A stretch of DNA of 8,451 bases from a virus. Taxonomy: Duplodnaviria > Heunggongvirae > Uroviricota > Caudoviricetes. Position 1 is the first letter of the stretch, and each line of letters opens with the position of its first letter. Made by a program: the position numbers and the translations under genes. The stretch covers positions 1-8,451 of the IMG/VR virus record IMGVR_UViG_2802429216_000005; one strand, given 5' to 3'. The notes below the pieces were generated by a model. It saw only the letters and a program-made list of their open reading frames with translations. It did no database searches and was not told where the DNA came from. Shown piece after piece: positions 5,045 to 8,451 of this stretch.

Positions 5045-5992
5045 ATGAGCAGCAAGCTTCATGGTCTTGTCTGGGAAGGGTGTGCCTTCACCGGCATGAT
5101 CTTATCCAGGGTGGCAGTAATGGCTCGCCTTGCAGATTACAGCAATGACGAAGGTGTGTCATGGCCTGCAGTGGAGACCATTCGTCGTCAGATTGGGGCA
5201 AAGAGTGAATCAACGGTTAAAGCGGCGATAGCGGAACTGGAAAAGAACGGCTGGCTGACGAAGGAGGAACGTAAGGTCGGTGGGCGTAATGAAAGCAATA
5301 TCTACCGTCTTAATGTGGAAAAACTCGAAGCAGCAGCAGCGGCGGCGCGTGAGGCATATAAACCGAAAAGAAAAATTAACCCGGTAAAAAATGACCCGTC
5401 AAATATTGACCCCTCAACGGTTGACCCCTCAAATTTTGATGGATCAACCGTTGATAAAAAACATTCGGTTAGGGGGACGATGGTTGGCCCCGATCCGTCA
5501 GTATTAAAACCTGATCCGCCAGATAAAAGATCTTCTTGTCCGGACGCTTCGCAACCGGACCCGCAGATGGCTGAACAGGATTTTTTAACCCGACACCCTG
5601 ACGCGGTTGTGTTCAGTGCGAAAAAACGCCAGTGGGGCAGCCAGGAAGATTTAGCGTGTGCGCAGTGGATCTGGGGGCGAATCGTGAGTCTTTACGAGCA
5701 GGCTGCCAGCGATGATGGCGAAATCATGCGACCGAAAGAACCAAACTGGACTGCATGGGCCAATGATGTGCGCACAATGCGGATGCTGGATGGCAGAACT
5801 CACAGACAAATTTGCGAAATGTTTGGTCGGGTACAGCGGGATCCATTCTGGGTAAAAAACATCATGAGTCCGGCAAAACTCCGGGAAAAATGGGATGAGC
5901 TGGTTATTCGTCTGGGGCGTTCGCCTGTACAGCGTTGCGTGAATCACATTTCTGAACCGGATACCGAAATTCCGCCGGGGTTCAGGGGGTAA
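5045..5992 (+). CDS. Replication initiator, lambda O-like: N-terminal winged-helix DNA-binding domain, central iteron-encoded repeat linker, C-terminal domain of unknown fold
   Basis: ORF track, 315 aa; GGAG SD 7 nt upstream; N-terminal region with HTH-like segment (VSWPAVETIRRQIGAKSESTVKAAIAELEKNGWL); central 5-aa tandem repeat NDPSN-IDPST-VDPSN-FDGST-VDKKH encoded by 15-bp iterons; position after cro and the CII-like gene. Confidence 0.8.
   Translation: MSSKLHGLVWEGCAFTGMILSRVAVMARLADYSNDEGVSWPAVETIRRQIGAKSESTVKAAIAELEKNGWLTKEERKVGGRNESNIYRLNVEKLEAAAAAAREAYKPKRKINPVKNDPSNIDPSTVDPSNFDGSTVDKKHSVRGTMVGPDPSVLKPDPPDKRSSCPDASQPDPQMAEQDFLTRHPDAVVFSAKKRQWGSQEDLACAQWIWGRIVSLYEQAASDDGEIMRPKEPNWTAWANDVRTMRMLDGRTHRQICEMFGRVQRDPFWVKNIMSPAKLREKWDELVIRLGRSPVQRCVNHISEPDTEIPPGFRG
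5391..5465. repeat. Five tandem 15-bp iterons, candidate phage replication origin inside the initiator gene
   Basis: aTGACCCgTCAA (5391), TTGACCCCTCAA (5406), TTGACCCCTCAA (5421), TTGATGGATCAA (5436), TTGATAAAAAAC (5451), at exact 15-bp spacing; each unit has dyad ends TTGA....TCAA. Confidence 0.6.
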
Positions 5993-6034
5993 GTGTTGAT
6001 TTGAGGTCATGAAGTTATTTTCTCAGGAGAGTTT

Positions 6035-6436
6035 ATGGGGGCTATTTATACCGAAGAACAGCGGGAAAGATTACAGCGTCACATCGTTGACCTTGTACGT
6101 AAAAACGGGCGTATGAAAATGCCACAACTGGCATCGGCAACATATGCTTCACATGATTCCATTCGCCGGTACCTGAAGATGCTGGTGAGCCAGGGCGAAG
6201 TGTATGTTGTCAGCGGAAAAGGGGTATTCCTTTCAGAGAGAGTTTACCGTGAATGGCTGGCAAGTTCGGCAAAAAAATCAAGGGTTATCCGCAAACCAGC
6301 ACAAAAACAGGGTAAGGCCGGAGTACAACCCTACGACCGGCACCAGAACGTAATTTGCCGGGAATGTCGTAACAGCGAATCAATGCAGCGGGTACTGGCT
6401 TTTTACCGGGGTGGATTTCAGGAGCTCGTATCGTGA
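6035..6436 (+). CDS. Putative winged-helix DNA-binding protein (133 aa)
   Basis: ORF track; AGGAGA SD; basic middle region (KKSRVIRKPAQKQGKAG) and CxxC near C-terminus (CRECRN); stop overlaps the next start (GTGA). Confidence 0.7.
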   Translation: MGAIYTEEQRERLQRHIVDLVRKNGRMKMPQLASATYASHDSIRRYLKMLVSQGEVYVVSGKGVFLSERVYREWLASSAKKSRVIRKPAQKQGKAGVQPYDRHQNVICRECRNSESMQRVLAFYRGGFQELVS

Positions 6437-6741
6437 AAAAGTGGGTGCGTGCCGAGATACTGATTCTACGGCAGTGTGCGGGAACAATGACGGTGGAATG
6501 TATCGGGATGCTTATTGGTCGTAGTGAGGCTGCGGTCAGAACGAAAGCGCGGGAACTGGGTATTAGTATGATGTTACGGGGTGATTATCACCAGTCAGCA
6601 AAATATCCGCAGAGTGATATTGAGCTGGCGCGACAGCTGCATCAGCTTGGCGTGTCCAGGAGAGAAATCGCCAGAAAATTTGGAATGCCGCTGCGCACAG
6701 TGAATAACTACGTTTATTTCGACAGGAGGGTGTCTGCGTGA
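6433..6741 (+). CDS. HTH-containing hypothetical protein (102 aa), GTG start
   Basis: ORF track; two HTH-like segments (GRSEAAVRTKARELGI; LGVSRREIARKFGMPLRTVNNYV); GTGA overlap with the previous stop. Confidence 0.7.
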   Translation: MKKWVRAEILILRQCAGTMTVECIGMLIGRSEAAVRTKARELGISMMLRGDYHQSAKYPQSDIELARQLHQLGVSRREIARKFGMPLRTVNNYVYFDRRVSA

Positions 6742-6971
6742 AAATCCTGTATCAGGATTACGGCCCGGTGGGACAGGTGGTTATCAGCAGTACTGTAATG
6801 GAGTTCCGGAAGCATAACCGTGTGGTGGATGCAGTACTGTTAGCCTGTCCGGGGATATCGGCGAGCCGTGCAGGTGTGTTTTTTATGAAGACGAAGTTAT
6901 ATGGCAGTACAGCGTGGATAAAGAAGGCGTACCGGGTAGCGTTACAGGAGGTAAACAGTGAGCGAAATTAA
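6738..6971 (+). CDS. Small hypothetical protein (77 aa), GTG start
   Basis: ORF track; GAGGG upstream; start overlaps the previous stop (GTGA); 3' end overlaps the next gene by 14 nt. Confidence 0.6.
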   Translation: MKILYQDYGPVGQVVISSTVMEFRKHNRVVDAVLLACPGISASRAGVFFMKTKLYGSTAWIKKAYRVALQEVNSERN

Positions 6972-7419
6972 CTGTCAGGCACTGCGAGAGGCGGCAGAGA
7001 AAGCAACTAAAGGAAGCTACATCGTAGGGCATACGTCTGTTAACCAGCATGGCAATTTAACAGGAGTTTTTGTTTGTCAAAAATGGAAAGGAGAACCCGG
7101 TGGCGTGATTGCAGAATGTCATGTTAACTGCCTGGTTGAAACAGATGCTCAGGCTTACGCAAACGCTGAATTTATTGCTGCCTTTAATCCAAAGGTTGCG
7201 CTGGCGATACTGGATAAGCTGGAAGCTAAAGACAAGCGCATTGCAGAACTGGAGGCGAGGGAAATCCAGTTACCTGCTGGCTTCGACCTTCGATATGGAC
7301 ACCCGATAAATGCTGATGAGCGACATGTGATGATACCTAAAGAAAATGGCAACTGGATTCATCGGACTGACTTAGAGCACTCACTACGTGTTGCAGGGAT
7401 TCGTATTAAAGGAGACTAA
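6958..7419 (+). CDS. Ead/Ea22-like family protein (153 aa)
   Basis: ORF track; strong SD AGGAGG before GTG 6958; N-terminal ALREAAEKATKGSY and internal NAEFIAAFNPKVALAILDKLEAKDKRIAELE resemble, from memory, the conserved pattern of Ead/Ea22-like prophage proteins. Confidence 0.7.
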   Translation: MSEINCQALREAAEKATKGSYIVGHTSVNQHGNLTGVFVCQKWKGEPGGVIAECHVNCLVETDAQAYANAEFIAAFNPKVALAILDKLEAKDKRIAELEAREIQLPAGFDLRYGHPINADERHVMIPKENGNWIHRTDLEHSLRVAGIRIKGD

Positions 7420-7420
7420 C

Positions 7421-7777
7421 GTGGAAATAAAACCAGAAGATGAGTTAAGTAATATTGTTTTATTTCCGGTAAAAGAGGATGACCCACGTAATCAGGTTAA
7501 TTTTCTTTATGAGCCATCGGAAAGACCATATTGTCATCACGACTCTGTCCGGGTTGACGAAAAAGAGCGTCAGGTCCGCTGTAAAATCTGCGGTGCAGTT
7601 GTGGAGCCATTTGACTGGATGCTCTCTGTGGCGAAAAGAGAAACCAGACTGGCAGATGATGTAAGGATCTTGCGCCAGGAGGAACGGGAAAGGCGGAGAA
7701 ATATAGAAAAGCTAATTCAGATTGAGCGTAACGTGAAAGCGCGGATACGCAGGGCGACAAAATCCAGAACAGAATAA
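7421..7777 (+). CDS. Hypothetical protein with putative zinc-ribbon (118 aa from GTG 7421; ORF track ATG 7388 rejected)
   Basis: SD AAAGGAG (7408-7414) 6 nt before GTG 7421, immediately after the previous stop (7417-7419); the ATG at 7388 would overlap the upstream gene by 32 nt. Cys/His cluster YCHHD...CKICG; basic C-terminus. Confidence 0.65.
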   Translation: MEIKPEDELSNIVLFPVKEDDPRNQVNFLYEPSERPYCHHDSVRVDEKERQVRCKICGAVVEPFDWMLSVAKRETRLADDVRILRQEERERRRNIEKLIQIERNVKARIRRATKSRTE

Positions 7778-7825
7778 TTAAATTTAGCACTGTTAAAAAT
7801 TTAATCCTTAACCGGAGGTATATCA

Positions 7826-8020
7826 ATGTCAAACGCACAGAAAGTTATTAACGCTGAAAAATATAACGAGTGGGTGAAAAAGTTCTCAGAGCAGATTTTT
7901 AAAATTACTGGCGACGAGAATGCGGCAAAAAATGAATTAGAGCCGTGGACACCTGAAGGTGTCGCCCCAAATTATTGCTGGTGGATGTTGATCCAGTTGA
8001 TGCTGCAAATGAAGCGATGA
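7826..8020 (+). CDS. Small hypothetical protein (64 aa)
   Basis: ORF track; SD GGAGG (7813-7817) with about 8-nt spacer before ATG 7826. Confidence 0.6.
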   Translation: MSNAQKVINAEKYNEWVKKFSEQIFKITGDENAAKNELEPWTPEGVAPNYCWWMLIQLMLQMKR

Positions 8021-8046
8021 GTTATCACAACGATTAATGTCAGGAG

Positions 8047-8064
8047 GCCGCCCGAAAGGGCGGT
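8047..8064 (+). other. Stable GC hairpin with GAAA tetraloop between an SD-like AGGAGG and the next start codon
   Basis: GCCGCCC-GAAA-GGGCGGT: 6 G:C pairs plus a closing G:U (8047-8053 with 8058-8064). No U-tract follows on either strand, so not a classical intrinsic terminator. Confidence 0.45.
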
Positions 8065-8072
8065 AATGAAAA

Positions 8073-8451
8073 GTGACTGAATTAACCAAAGAGCAATTAA
8101 TCGAAGAAGCCAAATTAAAAATAGCGATTGCGAAATGCCACCCCAATTCAGGGATGGCACGGGTAGAGGGCGAGTTATTCAAAATTGCACTGGCATCGCT
8201 GGTAGCAGAACCGCTGGTGCCCGTCATGTATAAAGGAATGAAACTGTTAACAAAAGAGGGGCTTGAGCTTATTCGTGACGGTATTGCGGAGGCTACGGGA
8301 CTGGAAGCAATGTGTATGGCTGATGCTTTGCTGTCTGGGGGGGGGGGGGCGGGGGGGGGGGGGGGGGGGGGGTTGTTTTGGCAGGGGGCACCAGTGGAAG
8401 CTTGCAGCACAGAGTGGGAGAACGGAAGCGCGGGAAAACAATCACGCCCTG
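8073..8451 (+). CDS. Hypothetical protein, GTG start, 3' end beyond the window; reading frame passes through the homopolymer G tract, so the distal part is unreliable
   Basis: Frame open from GTG 8073 to the window end (VTELTKEQLIEEAKLKIAIAKCHPNSGMARVEGELFKIALASLVAEPLVPVMYKGMKLLTKEGLELIRDGIAEATGLEAMCMADALLS...). Absent from the ORF track because it has no stop in the window. The G-run translates to poly-Gly. Confidence 0.4.
   Translation, partial: MTELTKEQLIEEAKLKIAIAKCHPNSGMARVEGELFKIALASLVAEPLVPVMYKGMKLLTKEGLELIRDGIAEATGLEAMCMADALLSGGGGAGGGGGGGLFWQGAPVEACSTEWENGSAGKQSRP
8337..8372. repeat. Homopolymeric tract G13-C-G22
   Basis: Direct count: G x13 (8337-8349), C (8350), G x22 (8351-8372). 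Confidence 0.95.

Noticed and set aside
7778-7807. AT-only inverted repeat TTAAATTT ... AAATTTAA after the 7421-7777 gene
   Set aside because: A pure A/T stem is very unstable and no GC clamp or U-tract context is present; probably just AT-rich intergenic sequence.
5651-7838. Antisense ORFs in the rightward operon (5651-6010, 7155-7352, 7497-7838) and nested plus-strand ORFs 7109-7309, 7479-7664
   Set aside because: They overlap well-supported plus-strand genes in other frames or strand, with no independent translation signals; shadow ORFs.
7937-8441. Minus-strand ORFs encoding poly-proline proteins (7937-8410, 8247-8441) and 7972-8160
   Set aside because: The poly-Pro runs are simply the complement of the G13-C-G22 tract; these ORFs are antisense to a coherent plus-strand gene and have no SD. 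Homopolymer artefact.
1-8451. CRISPR arrays, rRNA/tRNA genes, integrase, transposase or IS elements
   Set aside because: No regularly spaced direct repeats with unique spacers, no rRNA/tRNA-like conserved structure, and no ORF of integrase or transposase size or character seen in the window.

Overview
This window reads as the immunity and early region of a Rac/CP-933P-like lambdoid (probably cryptic) prophage from an enterobacterium; all calls are by eye from sequence and ORF translations, no database search was possible. Left half (minus strand, leftward early operon): an HTH repressor (3846-4265), then three small tightly packed ORFs (51, 42, 71 aa), an AT-rich antisense cassette at the classical sieB position (2446-2927, plus strand), a ~440-bp GC-rich non-coding spacer, two translationally coupled small proteins, and a large acidic protein whose C-terminus runs off the window start. 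Right half (plus strand): a divergent Cro-like HTH protein, a YdaT-like protein (reported CII analogue), an O-like replication initiator with a five-copy, 15-bp-period iteron array and a GATC cluster inside it, then a chain of small HTH, Ead/Ea22-like and zinc-ribbon genes. The last 120 bp contain a G13-C-G22 homopolymer, most likely an assembly artefact or chimeric junction. No rRNA, tRNA, CRISPR array, integrase or transposase was seen. The best candidates for something undescribed are the antisense small-membrane-protein cassette and the large unassigned protein at the distal end of the leftward operon.
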